A DNA stretch of 64,000 bases, from IMG/VR virus record IMGVR_UViG_3300027822_000297. One strand, written 5' to 3'. Below, one piece after another: positions 1 to 8,487 of this stretch. The first letter of the stretch is position 1. Every line of letters begins with the position of its first letter. The position numbers and the translations under genes were made by a program. Below the pieces are notes generated by a model. It did no database searches. It was not told where the DNA came from and was given only the letters and a program-made list of their open reading frames with translations. This DNA is from a virus.

Positions 1-352
1 GCGCGTCAGTGATTGAAGTGTACCCGTCAGTAGAGTTTTCTGGATTTGGCCCGTCAGCGTCATTTTTGGGCGGTTCTTTAGCTTGTTCTGTTGATTCGTC
101 ATAGACAAGAACGCAGCCACGGGCAATATCTGGGATTGATGGCATTTTGTCGAGGTTAAATTCTATTGCGGCATCATAGCCGTCGATGATGGTTTGTAAA
201 TTAAAGCCGTTTAGCGCTGAGAGCAATTTGTCTCTAAATTCTGTAACCGCTGTTTCTGTTGGATAAAGCCTATGATATTCAGGCTCAAAGTCATTAAGCA
301 TTGAGCGCATGATGGAATGTATTGTATTTTTAAATTCTTTGTGTGTGTGCAT
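1..352 (-). CDS. Replication-associated protein (lambda P/helicase-loader-like), truncated by window edge
   Basis: Own translation: ATG at 352 after AGGA; MHTHKEFKNTIHSIMRSMLNDFEPEY...LNGFNLQTIIDGYDAAIEFNLDKMPSIPDIARGC... open to position 1; not in the ORF track. Confidence 0.55.
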   Translation of the reverse strand, partial: MHTHKEFKNTIHSIMRSMLNDFEPEYHRLYPTETAVTEFRDKLLSALNGFNLQTIIDGYDAAIEFNLDKMPSIPDIARGCVLVYDESTEQAKEPPKNDADGPNPENSTDGYTSITDA

Positions 353-403
353 TGTATTATTCCTGGATTAGTGTTGTGTGTTGGGATTATCGACAATTAA
401 ACG

Positions 404-979
404 CTAGATGGGAATATCGTTATCAAAGTCGTCATTATTTTTGCCATTATTATTTTTAGAGATTAATTTTAAATTCGGCTTTGGTTCAGGTTTTGGAAAT
501 CCTGGTGCAAGTGGGGCAAATGGGTCAATGTTATATTTCTTAAGAAGATTTAATTCCCAAGGTGTAAACGTTCCGTGATTTGAACGATGGATTATCATAT
601 CTAGCTCAGTAAGAAATTCTTTTGCTCTTCCGCGAAGATAGATTGTATTCCCATTTCCTAGGTCAAATGATCCAATCCATGCCGCAGCTAAAACACCAAG
701 CGGCGTTTTTTTAGCTAAGGCCAATGCAACAAGGTCATCAGGTTTAATATCAACTTCTTTGCCTTCGATAATGTCAATTATGTTTCCAGGCTTTGGGAAG
801 AAGTCTTTTTTTGCACCATGCTTGATGTGATGCTTGAATGCTCGGGTTACTTCGTCGATTGGATATTCGATGAGTAGGTCAAAATAAATATCGACTAGGG
901 GTGAGTCAACTTCAGTCGGATAAAGTTTTGCTGTGTTTTTCATCGTTATTGCTAATTGATTTAAGTCTTCTGTATTCAT
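404..979 (-). CDS. Phage replication accessory protein (helicase loader/inhibitor-like, DUF6475-like)
   Basis: YFDLLIEYPIDEVTRAF..H....FFPKPGNII motif; coupled (ATGA overlap) to the initiator. Confidence 0.55.
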   Translation of the reverse strand: MNTEDLNQLAITMKNTAKLYPTEVDSPLVDIYFDLLIEYPIDEVTRAFKHHIKHGAKKDFFPKPGNIIDIIEGKEVDIKPDDLVALALAKKTPLGVLAAAWIGSFDLGNGNTIYLRGRAKEFLTELDMIIHRSNHGTFTPWELNLLKKYNIDPFAPLAPGFPKPEPKPNLKLISKNNNGKNNDDFDNDIPI

Positions 980-1977
980 AGTCGTATGCCTTCTACTGTT
1001 TTTTCTTGTGGTTGTGGTTTGTAGTTTTCTCTTGCTCTTCTCATTTCTAAAACTTCATTTGCCATTCTGTTTGCGCTTTCTTCTGAGGTTTCTTGTTTAA
1101 ATAATGCTGCGTTACTCATAAATCTTTCGATGTTATTTTCATTTCTAAATATTAAATCTAAACCAACATGCCTTGTACCTTCTGGATTTTTTCCAATATT
1201 CCACGGTGTTTTAGAGCAGCCTGTAATGGCTAGTTTAAGATCATCTGGTTCATAGTTTTTTAAAGCTTTGGCAATTAATTTTTTCCTACTATCAAGAAAT
1301 TTAGCTTTAGGATGTTTTAGGGTGATTTTCCAAAAGTTAAAAATTTCTTCTTCAATAGATATTTTTTTTTGACATATATGTTTTTTATTAACTTGTTTTT
1401 TTATTCCTTTATTTAGAGTACCTAAGGTACTCTTATTGTATGTCGTCCGCGGTACGTCCGTGGGGTCGTCCGTGGGTACGTCCGTTTCTGAATCATCGGT
1501 ACGTTCGTCGGCACGTTCGCCATATTCGTCAAAGACAGGTATACCAAGCTCTCCAGTACGTTCGTCGGCACGTCCGTCGGCACGTCCGTGGGGTCGTCCG
1601 TGGGCACGTCCGTTTTTTGGTGTTTTTTGTTTCACTTTTCCTAACGTATCACTCTGGTGACGCTCGTAATTGCATATAGTTATCACTGTTAGTGAGCTGT
1701 CTGCGTGAAAATTAATCATGGATTCTTTCTTTAAAAGGAGTAAAAAACGCTTCAATTTGTTCTGAGAAAATCGCCATCTTTTTTGTAATTTCAATTGAGA
1801 TATTGCAATTTGACCTCTAGAGCAAATCAATGTTTTGCCGCGAATAACAAATTTTTTCTCGGTGTGATTTGCCATCATTATTAGATCAATCCAAGCTAAT
1901 GCTTTTTCAGGTTCTTTAAAATTAAATAACCAATGATCTTGAATATCTCTATGTAAAGAAATCCATCCGTTTGACAT
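976..1977 (-). CDS. Phage replication initiator (lambda O/DnaD-like) containing the origin
   Basis: N-terminal GWISLHRDIQDHW...AWIDLIMMANH winged-helix signature; internal iterons; C-terminal replisome-organiser-like region. Confidence 0.8.
   Translation of the reverse strand: MSNGWISLHRDIQDHWLFNFKEPEKALAWIDLIMMANHTEKKFVIRGKTLICSRGQIAISQLKLQKRWRFSQNKLKRFLLLLKKESMINFHADSSLTVITICNYERHQSDTLGKVKQKTPKNGRAHGRPHGRADGRADERTGELGIPVFDEYGERADERTDDSETDVPTDDPTDVPRTTYNKSTLGTLNKGIKKQVNKKHICQKKISIEEEIFNFWKITLKHPKAKFLDSRKKLIAKALKNYEPDDLKLAITGCSKTPWNIGKNPEGTRHVGLDLIFRNENNIERFMSNAALFKQETSEESANRMANEVLEMRRARENYKPQPQEKTVEGIRL
1440..1614. repeat. GC-rich 12-bp iteron array (probable replication origin)
   Basis: About 10 copies of (G/C)GG(C/T)ACGT(C/T)CGT in three clusters; 1451-1486 and 1579-1614 match at 34/36; AT-rich tract at ~1355-1415 adjacent. 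Confidence 0.8.
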
Positions 1978-2021
1978 TTTTATTTACCGCCTTTTTTTGT
2001 TATTAAAAACTTAATGGTAAA

Positions 2022-2201
2022 TTAAGCGTCTTTTAGTAGTTCTCTAAGGCGCTTTCTTTCGCTTCTTTGGTAATCCATCCTGCACTCATAACAACTACCA
2101 TCTAACGTGTTTCTTTTTGATGTGTGGCCGTGTATACATGGTTTCCCAGTTAAGTACCATTTTTCTCTTGCTTCAATAGCATCTTGTCTTGTTGGTTGCA
2201 T
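2022..2201 (-). CDS. 59-aa zinc-finger-like phage protein
   Basis: Own translation MQPTRQDAIEAREKWYLTGKPCIHGHTSKRNTLDGSCYECRMDY...; TGKPCxxGH..CxxC motif common in phage proteins. Confidence 0.7.
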   Translation of the reverse strand: MQPTRQDAIEAREKWYLTGKPCIHGHTSKRNTLDGSCYECRMDYQRSERKRLRELLKDA

Positions 2202-2302
2202 TATTACAGTCTCTCTTTTCTGTGTATGAATCTATATCTTATCTGTATTAATCTATTGAGTCAATAAGAAGTTCTTAGTTTTGCTTTTGCAAAATTTAAA
2301 GC

Positions 2303-2402
2303 AAAAAAAAAGCCGAAAATCGGGTGATCGAGCTAGAACGGGGCGTAACCCCCTCGATCACCGAATAATCGGCTTTTTTGTTCTTTACTAAGCGTGTTCT
2401 AG
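2303..2402 (-). ncRNA. Structured leader/attenuator RNA upstream of the replication operon
   Basis: Nested stems AAAAAAGCCGA/TCGGCTTTTTT, GTGATCGAG/CTCGATCAC and GGGG/CCCC; 7-nt bulge (2333-2339) complementary to 2396-2402; U9 tract on minus strand. Confidence 0.65.
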
Positions 2403-2456
2403 TCCGCTTCATATCAAACTTTTTTAAACAACGTAATAGTCATTTAATTGACTCCT

Positions 2457-2485
2457 ATAGTACAGCAATCACATAATAAATGCAA
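2457..2485 (-). promoter_or_regulatory. Leftward sigma70-type promoter of the replication operon
   Basis: TTGCAT-17 nt-TACTAT on minus strand; shares TTGCATTTAT with the rightward promoter family. Confidence 0.6.
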
Positions 2486-2623
2486 TCAGTTTTTATATTG
2501 AAAAATCTATTTTATGAGTGCAAAAAATATCATTGATGAAAAATAATTACAACAAGGAGGGATGAAATTTGCGGACGCAAAAACGATAAAAAATATTTAC
2601 AAATATTTAATTTTGGGCTACGC

Positions 2624-2650
2624 AAAAAAAAGCTGCCGGAGAAGCAGCTT
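2624..2650 (-). terminator. Intrinsic terminator
   Basis: AAGCTGC/GCAGCTT stem followed by a T-run on the minus strand. Confidence 0.65.
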
Positions 2651-2819
2651 AACAATGAACAACACAAAAAAATAACGTGTGTATGATATTTTAAATTGAT
2701 AGATAAATCAAAAATATTTTAATAAATAGTCTTTTGTTGTCTAACGTCTCGTCTGATTACAATAAATATACAGTTGCCTTGTGTGTGCTCAATATTTCAT
2801 AAGATACAAATAAAGGCAC

Positions 2820-2925
2820 AAAAAAAGCCGTACACCTGAATATACGGCTCTTCCTGTCTTCTGAAACCCACAATCAAAGAAGATAATGCATTAACAATTA
2901 TAGCTGGAATTAATTAAGATAGCAA
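2820..2925 (-). ncRNA. Candidate ~70-nt sRNA gene with its own promoter and terminator
   Basis: TTGCTA(2925-2920)-17 nt-TATAAT(2902-2897); internal TCTTCT/AGAAGA stem; terminator AGCCGTA/TACGGCT plus T7 (2849-2820). Confidence 0.55.
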
Positions 2926-2952
2926 AAAAAATGCCCAGCGCAAAGGTTGGGC
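2924..2952 (-). terminator. Intrinsic terminator whose U-tract overlaps the next -35
   Basis: GCCCA/TGGGC stem then T8. Confidence 0.5.
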
Positions 2953-3046
2953 TAACTCTAGGAGAAGTAAAACAAGGAAGTTGCATTGCAACAACCTAAG
3001 TTTAGTTGAGGAATGACAAATAGCTACTTAATTATTTGATCTAATA

Positions 3047-3085
3047 AAAAAATAACTTGCATTTATCTTGTTACTATATTAATAT
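3047..3085 (+). promoter_or_regulatory. Repeated phage promoter, copy 1
   Basis: AAAAAATAACTTGCATTTAT; TTGCAT-17-TAATAT. Confidence 0.75.
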
Positions 3086-3156
3086 TGACGTTAAATTAAA
3101 CGAGGATGTAATGTGGATACAATGCAAGCATTTTTGATTGGCGAGGCAAAGAGCAA

Positions 3157-3393
3157 ATGAAAACTTATCAATACATTATAAATGATCGTGAGTACAGGAT
3201 AAAAAACACATTTAAAGGGATGGATTATTATGGAAAATGTGAGCGTTGTGGTAAAAGTATAGCAGTACATTACAAGCAGCAGTCAAGAAAAATAGGCAGA
3301 GTTAAGAATGGTTGGAGTGTCGCTGGATTTGGTCATGCAGAGTGTTTAAGGAATGGTGAGTGGGAAAATGCGCCAATTGTAGACGATGAATAA
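3157..3393 (+). CDS. Hypothetical phage protein
   Basis: 78-aa ORF with CERC motif, early in the promoter 1 operon. Confidence 0.6.
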   Translation: MKTYQYIINDREYRIKNTFKGMDYYGKCERCGKSIAVHYKQQSRKIGRVKNGWSVAGFGHAECLRNGEWENAPIVDDE

Positions 3394-3475
3394 AAAAATA
3401 TTTATATTTTTAATAGGAAAGAATTAGAGCGCAGAATTGTTGATTGGAAATGATAGATTTAAATGAGAGCAGCCA

Positions 3476-3670
3476 ATGAAAGCAGATATCCCCTTGTTAA
3501 TAACAATCCTTGGAAACGAAGATGAAATCTTTGTTGATGTTGATTACTTAATAAAAGACAACTCTGGTATACAAATTAATACAATCATGTATGGGAACCT
3601 GGATATTGAGCCGTTAATAAACCCAGTTCAGCTTGACGCGATAAAGGCTTGTTTACCAGATGATGCATAA
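3476..3670 (+). CDS. Hypothetical phage protein
   Basis: 64-aa ORF, coupled to the next ORF. Confidence 0.5.
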   Translation: MKADIPLLITILGNEDEIFVDVDYLIKDNSGIQINTIMYGNLDIEPLINPVQLDAIKACLPDDA

Positions 3671-3920
3671 AAACCAGTGGCTCCGTAATTTAAGACTATG
3701 GAGCAAGGTTATAGTCCGATGGGGGCCAGGAATTATAAATTCTGAGGTTAAAATAGTTAGCAAGATAAACACACAAACTATAGAATTAGAAGGCAGTTCT
3801 ATTAGTTATAGTTTGTTTTCTGGGTTATCTATCGGTAGTGAGGGATGGGATGAGCAGGTATGTTTAGAAGAAGCAACATCAGAAAGATTAGAAAAATATG
3901 AATTTAAAAAAATACAATAG
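3660..3920 (+). CDS. Hypothetical phage protein
   Basis: 86-aa ORF. Confidence 0.5.
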   Translation: MMHKNQWLRNLRLWSKVIVRWGPGIINSEVKIVSKINTQTIELEGSSISYSLFSGLSIGSEGWDEQVCLEEATSERLEKYEFKKIQ

Positions 3921-3944
3921 TGCGTAATAGTTAAATAAATAGTT

Positions 3945-4196
3945 ATGGTGATAAAAATGGCTAAGTTAAAAGTTTATGGTGGATTAACATTTGTTAATGG
4001 AAAACAACTAAGAACAATTATTGCAGAAACATCACAGAAAAAAGCAAGTAAAAAGCTTGGTATTACTCTTGGAGATTTACGTAATTACTGGAGTGCCACA
4101 GGAAACAAAATTGAGGTTGATATGGCAACCAGTAAGCCTGGGTTTGTTTTTAAGGCAAGTACCAGCATGGGTAGTGATTTTAAGTTGGATGAATAA
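3945..4196 (+). CDS. Small phage protein, possibly DNA-binding
   Basis: KLKVYG...GKQLRTIIAETSQKKASKKLG...RNYWSATGN pattern seen in phage ORFs. Confidence 0.6.
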   Translation: MVIKMAKLKVYGGLTFVNGKQLRTIIAETSQKKASKKLGITLGDLRNYWSATGNKIEVDMATSKPGFVFKASTSMGSDFKLDE

Positions 4197-4246
4197 AAAG
4201 ATGAGGCTATTGAATCGATTGCAGCTTTACAAGATGTTTTTAAACT

Positions 4247-4678
4247 ATGAATTTTGAAACTGAAGCCGATCGTTGGGATCATGTAAATTCTTTAAAAAGC
4301 GAGGGGTTATCTAACAGTAAAATAGCAAAAATAATAGGTGTAAGTCCTGATAGAGTAAGGCAGCTTATAGCTAAACATGGGAAACAAATAAAGCAAGAAT
4401 GTGGTTGGAGTGCTGGACTAAAGAGAATAACGGCAAATTTGTTAGAAAGGAATGGGTATCAATCACGAAAGGCAGTCTATTTGTCATTCAAGACTAAGCA
4501 GCTTATGAAAGACGCTAGGATAGGTCCGGCCACTTATAATGAAATAGCAGCATGGCTAGGCGAGCCAGAAAAGGAGATATATAAAGCATCGCCAGATTAC
4601 ACGGTTGAAACAGCCATAAAATTTTTAAATAAACGAGGTTATGAGGTAAAAAAACGTGAACGATTCAAGATCATTTAA
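4247..4678 (+). CDS. HTH DNA-binding protein
   Basis: GLSNSKIAKIIGVSPDRVRQL helix-turn-helix; second domain resembles RNAP alpha-CTD (RIGPATYNEI). Confidence 0.6.
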   Translation: MNFETEADRWDHVNSLKSEGLSNSKIAKIIGVSPDRVRQLIAKHGKQIKQECGWSAGLKRITANLLERNGYQSRKAVYLSFKTKQLMKDARIGPATYNEIAAWLGEPEKEIYKASPDYTVETAIKFLNKRGYEVKKRERFKII

Positions 4679-4782
4679 ATGTTTTTTTAGAATATTGATA
4701 TTAGTGTCAACGGGGATGATTTTAGGTACTTTGCTTGTTATTTATTGCATGTATTTATTGGGTATTACTGGCTATTGGTTAT

Positions 4783-4821
4783 AAAAAATAACTTGCATTT
4801 ATATCTATGTTTTGTTAGACT
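4783..4821 (+). promoter_or_regulatory. Repeated phage promoter, copy 2
   Basis: AAAAAATAACTTGCATTTAT; TTGCAT-17-TAGACT. Confidence 0.75.
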
Positions 4822-4846
4822 AGATGAAAATTAACGAGGAAAATAA

Positions 4847-5782
4847 ATGAATGAAGTTGAAAAAAAGACAGATGTAGTAAAGGATAACTTTGATAAATGC
4901 GTCGAATTAGCAAGTGAAATTATAACTAACAAAGGTTATAAGATCGATCCTACCGTTCAGGTTCAAAATATATTTAATTATGCATCGACGGATGATAAAT
5001 TCAAGCTTGTTATAACATCGACAGACCAGCGTGTTTTAGCTGAACTAAGAAGCCAAATAAAATTCGTTTGTGAACTTGGCTTAGATACGGCAAAGGGAAG
5101 AAAGCTTGTTTATGTAAAAACACGCGGTGTAAACATAGGCACTAGACAGCAAGCGCAATGGCTAACTGTTCCAGATATAACCATATCATATCACGCACTA
5201 ATTCACGTGCTTATTAGATCAAAAGCATTAAAACACATTACTGTACTACATACTTACCAAAATTATGATGTTGAATATACCGGCGCACTTTCGGATGTTC
5301 CTGTTGTTAGGTCGTGGAAGACAAGTCCAAGTGAGCGCGGTGAATATACGGGTGTGTTTGTTATTTTAACGTTAGCGTCAGGTGAAACAGAAACTAGTTT
5401 TTATCATTTAAAAGACATCTTGGCTACACATAAGGCGTTTTCTAAGTCATCTCAAACATGGGATGCGCATAAGTTAGCGATGGTTGCTAAATCAGCTATC
5501 ATGGAAGCGATACGTTATATTCCTGTTTTTGATAATACTGTAGCAACGGTTATTGAAGATTATGATCAATCGCATGATTGGGGATCGGTTAAAGATGTTT
5601 CGGAAGATAGTAGGGATGAAATGACTGACGATCGATTTAATGAGCTATTTAGTCAATGGGAAGATTCAGTTAATCAAAATAAATTCACAATACCGCAATT
5701 ACTGGAAAATTTAAAGAAAAAAACGATTCTTAATGAATTGCAAATAAAAAAAATAAAAGGAATAAAAAATGCTAAGTCATGA
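4847..5782 (+). CDS. recT: RecT/Bet-family single-strand annealing protein
   Basis: ISYHALIHVLIRS, GVFVILTL and W.....MVAKSAI..AIRYIP motifs; position before exonuclease and ssb. Confidence 0.75.
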   Translation: MNEVEKKTDVVKDNFDKCVELASEIITNKGYKIDPTVQVQNIFNYASTDDKFKLVITSTDQRVLAELRSQIKFVCELGLDTAKGRKLVYVKTRGVNIGTRQQAQWLTVPDITISYHALIHVLIRSKALKHITVLHTYQNYDVEYTGALSDVPVVRSWKTSPSERGEYTGVFVILTLASGETETSFYHLKDILATHKAFSKSSQTWDAHKLAMVAKSAIMEAIRYIPVFDNTVATVIEDYDQSHDWGSVKDVSEDSRDEMTDDRFNELFSQWEDSVNQNKFTIPQLLENLKKKTILNELQIKKIKGIKNAKS

Positions 5783-6554
5783 ACGGAATGGTTTAGTAAC
5801 GGGGTCGAATGCACATAGAGTTATGGCTGGCTGGCGCGATGAATTGGAGTGCAATAAGTATGTATTTGAGCCATTTGATGGTTGGGAGATAGCTCATAAA
5901 CTTATATTGGGCGGAACAACGGCGATAAAAGACATTAAGCCGCATGTTGATATTAATATGGAAAAAAAGGAGCGCATATTAAAATTAATTAAATCACAAG
6001 ATAAAACACTATCAGATGGAATGTATGGTTATGCAATGGAGATAGCCATGAATCATTTTGTTGAAACTGTCGAGGAAGGTTACAAAAATGAAGCTATGGT
6101 TAACGGGGAAATTAATGAAATGGCTTCTGTCGCGGCTGCTGAAAGGTATTTGGGGTTCGAATTTGATAACACAGGCGATGATCAAGATTTTTATAAGTTA
6201 GATGATATTGGTTTAACACCAGACGGAGTAAAATATAATGAATCATTTTTACTTGAGTGTGGTTTGGAAGTTAAAAGTCCCACACAAAAAGTACATTTCT
6301 ATAATGTAAATAATATTAAAACACAGGAAGATTTATTAAAGTATCATCCTGTTTACTATTGGCAGTGCATGGCTGGACTTGCTGTAACTGGTGTAAACAC
6401 ATGGCATTGGTTTAGCCATAACGATTCATTTATCGATAAAATGAAATTAGTTTATGTGAAAGTTGAGCCGATAGAGGAACAAATAGAAATCTTATTAAGG
6501 AGGGCAAAGATAGTGAAAGGGTTGTCTAATGACATAATAGAAAAATTGAAATAA
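5769..6554 (+). CDS. YqaJ/lambda-exonuclease-like recombination nuclease
   Basis: TGSNAH..MA N-terminus; GLTPDG..GLEVKSP PD-(D/E)xK; YYWQC motif. Confidence 0.85.
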   Translation: MLSHERNGLVTGSNAHRVMAGWRDELECNKYVFEPFDGWEIAHKLILGGTTAIKDIKPHVDINMEKKERILKLIKSQDKTLSDGMYGYAMEIAMNHFVETVEEGYKNEAMVNGEINEMASVAAAERYLGFEFDNTGDDQDFYKLDDIGLTPDGVKYNESFLLECGLEVKSPTQKVHFYNVNNIKTQEDLLKYHPVYYWQCMAGLAVTGVNTWHWFSHNDSFIDKMKLVYVKVEPIEEQIEILLRRAKIVKGLSNDIIEKLK

Positions 6555-6567
6555 ACGAGGAAGAAAT

Positions 6568-6966
6568 ATGTTAAATAAAATATTTTTAATTGGCAATGCG
6601 GTTGCTGATCCAGAAACAAAACAAATGCCGAATGGTAATGCAGTTACTAATCTAAGGTTAGCAACATCAAGACGATGGAAAGACAGTAACAATGTAAAGC
6701 AAACTGAGACAGAATACCATCGTATCGTATTTTTTAATAAGCTTGCAGAAATAGCTGGCGAGTATGTTAAAAAAGGAAGGCAGTTATATATCGAAGGTCG
6801 TATAAAGACAACGAAATATACAGACCCAGGCGGCAATGATAAATATAGTACTGAAATTATAGGGAATGAAATGCAAATGTTAGGTCGTCGTGATGACCAA
6901 CAAACATCTAATCCACAATATAGTTCAGGCAGTCCAGATTTGCCTGATGATGACATTCCTTTCTAG
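6568..6966 (+). CDS. ssb: Single-stranded DNA-binding protein
   Basis: LNKIFLIGN..DPE, TEYHRIVFF, KGRQLYIEGR, acidic DDDIPF tail. Confidence 0.97.
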   Translation: MLNKIFLIGNAVADPETKQMPNGNAVTNLRLATSRRWKDSNNVKQTETEYHRIVFFNKLAEIAGEYVKKGRQLYIEGRIKTTKYTDPGGNDKYSTEIIGNEMQMLGRRDDQQTSNPQYSSGSPDLPDDDIPF

Positions 6967-6970
6967 TTTA

Positions 6971-7063
6971 ATAAAATACCCCCAGTATCAGGCAAAGAAT
7001 ACTGGGGGCATAGTGACCATGACTAAACGAGACTGAGGAAGAATGGTCAATTAAATTTTAGCA
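6971..7063 (-). ncRNA. Candidate ~78-nt antisense sRNA displaying anti-RBS sequence
   Basis: Extended -10 TG-C-TAAAAT (7063-7055); TGACCAT/ATGGTCA stem with a 22-nt loop; CCCCCAGTAT/ATACTGGGGG terminator followed by TATTTT on minus strand. Confidence 0.55.
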
Positions 7064-7087
7064 CAATTTTAAATAAATGTTATAGGC

Positions 7088-7351
7088 ATGGCATTCATAA
7101 CGTTAGCATTGTTATATAAAACTGGGGTGAGCTTATTTATTATCCTTCCTGTTTTAGTATATATTGGTTTGGTCTTTTATATAAAACCCATAGTTGTAAT
7201 AATAGCTTTTGTAATTTATTTGTTGGCAATGATGTTAAATATTGGTTTTTATAGTTCAGTAGAACACGCATTGTTTTCTGGTTGGATTGATGCCTTAGCA
7301 ACTTTAATAATTTTTGTTGTGGTGTTAATGCAGAAAAAACAAAAAATGTGA
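7088..7351 (+). CDS. Small multi-pass membrane protein
   Basis: Almost entirely hydrophobic, basic C-terminus. Confidence 0.65.
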   Translation: MAFITLALLYKTGVSLFIILPVLVYIGLVFYIKPIVVIIAFVIYLLAMMLNIGFYSSVEHALFSGWIDALATLIIFVVVLMQKKQKM

Positions 7352-7392
7352 TAAAATATTACAGTAGTAAAACAAAACGAGGATAAAACGAG

Positions 7393-7992
7393 ATGAAAAA
7401 ATATATTATAAGTTTAGTATTATTGATGGTTGCCACTAGCTCACAAGCAGTAGTGACTTTTGAATTTGAAGGTATGTTTGGTGATGTGGACAGTAAATTG
7501 TCTGATGCATTCAAGGTCGGTGATAAATTTTATGGAAGTTATTCATTTGATGAAAATACAAAACCATCAAGTGAATTTCCTGTTCTGGTGCTTGAGGATT
7601 CGGTAACCAGAATGGATTTTGATAGTTCTAATTATGTAGCCTCTGCAAATAATGGGAATATTATTTATGATGTTGAGGATTACCCGTATTTTGAAGCTAA
7701 TTCAATAGGCGAATCAATCCAGGCGTTAGATGTTAATGGTAACAAATTGGAACGAATGGCATTTTCTTGGGACAATCCAAATGACGTATTTGATATAGAT
7801 GAAATGCCGTATAAATTTTTGCCTGATAATGCTTATTTTTCGTTAGCTTTTCATAATGAAGATGGTTATTTAGATGTGTTAGGTTCGGTAACATCAGCTA
7901 CTGTAGCTCAAACGCCGATACCTGGAGCAGTGTGGTTAATGGGGTCAGGCCTTGTTGGTTTGTTAGGTTTAAAGCGCAGCAAGGCGGTGTAA
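7393..7992 (+). CDS. Secreted VPLPA/PEP-CTERM exosortase-substrate protein
   Basis: Signal peptide ending SSQA; C-terminal TPIPGAVWLMGSGLVGLLGLKRSKAV (Pro motif, TM helix, basic tail). Confidence 0.85.
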   Translation: MKKYIISLVLLMVATSSQAVVTFEFEGMFGDVDSKLSDAFKVGDKFYGSYSFDENTKPSSEFPVLVLEDSVTRMDFDSSNYVASANNGNIIYDVEDYPYFEANSIGESIQALDVNGNKLERMAFSWDNPNDVFDIDEMPYKFLPDNAYFSLAFHNEDGYLDVLGSVTSATVAQTPIPGAVWLMGSGLVGLLGLKRSKAV

Positions 7993-8321
7993 TGGAATCG
8001 GTCAGGTTTTTTAATAAGGATTTGACCGACTTTTCCTTGGATGATTCAGGTCGAACAGTTATTGTAGGCGCTTTGAATGATGAGGAAGCAATGAGTATTA
8101 TTACTTTTTTAGAGGCTGAGAAAAATCAATTAACTGAAGAGGTAAAAAAATATAAAAACATAGTAAGAACCTATGATGGAATAGGAGCGTTAAGCCGCTG
8201 GATCGTTCGATTAATGGGTTTTGATTTCGATAGTAGTGATGTTGAATTAAATAAACAACAAACTGTTTTCTGTGGGATTTGTGATGTTGTTTTTTTGAAT
8301 AAATTAAAAGATAAGGGTTGA
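7992..8321 (+). CDS. Hypothetical protein
   Basis: TAATG coupling gives a start at 7992 within the listed ORF. Confidence 0.55.
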   Translation: MESVRFFNKDLTDFSLDDSGRTVIVGALNDEEAMSIITFLEAEKNQLTEEVKKYKNIVRTYDGIGALSRWIVRLMGFDFDSSDVELNKQQTVFCGICDVVFLNKLKDKG

Positions 8322-8322
8322 A

Positions 8323-8487
8323 ATGACCTTAAGAGAAAAAATAGAAGAAATATTGGTAAAAGATAAACCAGAAGATGTTGCCAAAAATATTTGTTTAATG
8401 CTTGAAGAAGAAATGTGTTTATCTGGTAATGGTTGGTTTGATGATGATGAGATATTAACTCAGATAATTATTGAAAAAGAACTATGA
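8323..8487 (+). CDS. 54-aa hypothetical protein (paralog A)
   Basis: Own translation MTLREKIEE...AKNICLMLEEEMCLSGNGWFDDD... Confidence 0.6.
   Translation: MTLREKIEEILVKDKPEDVAKNICLMLEEEMCLSGNGWFDDDEILTQIIIEKEL

Noticed and set aside
211-396. 61-aa ORF in the track
   Set aside because: An overlapping frame starting at 352 has an RBS, runs off the window and looks like a replication protein.
1440-1614. Short direct repeats as a CRISPR array
   Set aside because: Units are 12 bp, mostly abutting without unique spacers, lie inside a CDS, and no cas genes are present; iterons fit better.
1422-1679. ORF-track entries 1422-1607, 1436-1660 and 1440-1679
   Set aside because: Stop-free frames produced by the GC-rich iteron repeats overlapping the initiator gene.
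2562-2675. 37-aa plus-strand ORF with a strong SD as a Cro/CI candidate
   Set aside because: No HTH pattern, and it runs through a terminator hairpin; unsupported.
4679-4783. Hydrophobic microprotein after the HTH gene
   Set aside because: The ATG is followed by TTT TTT TAG; only a 22-codon frame remains.
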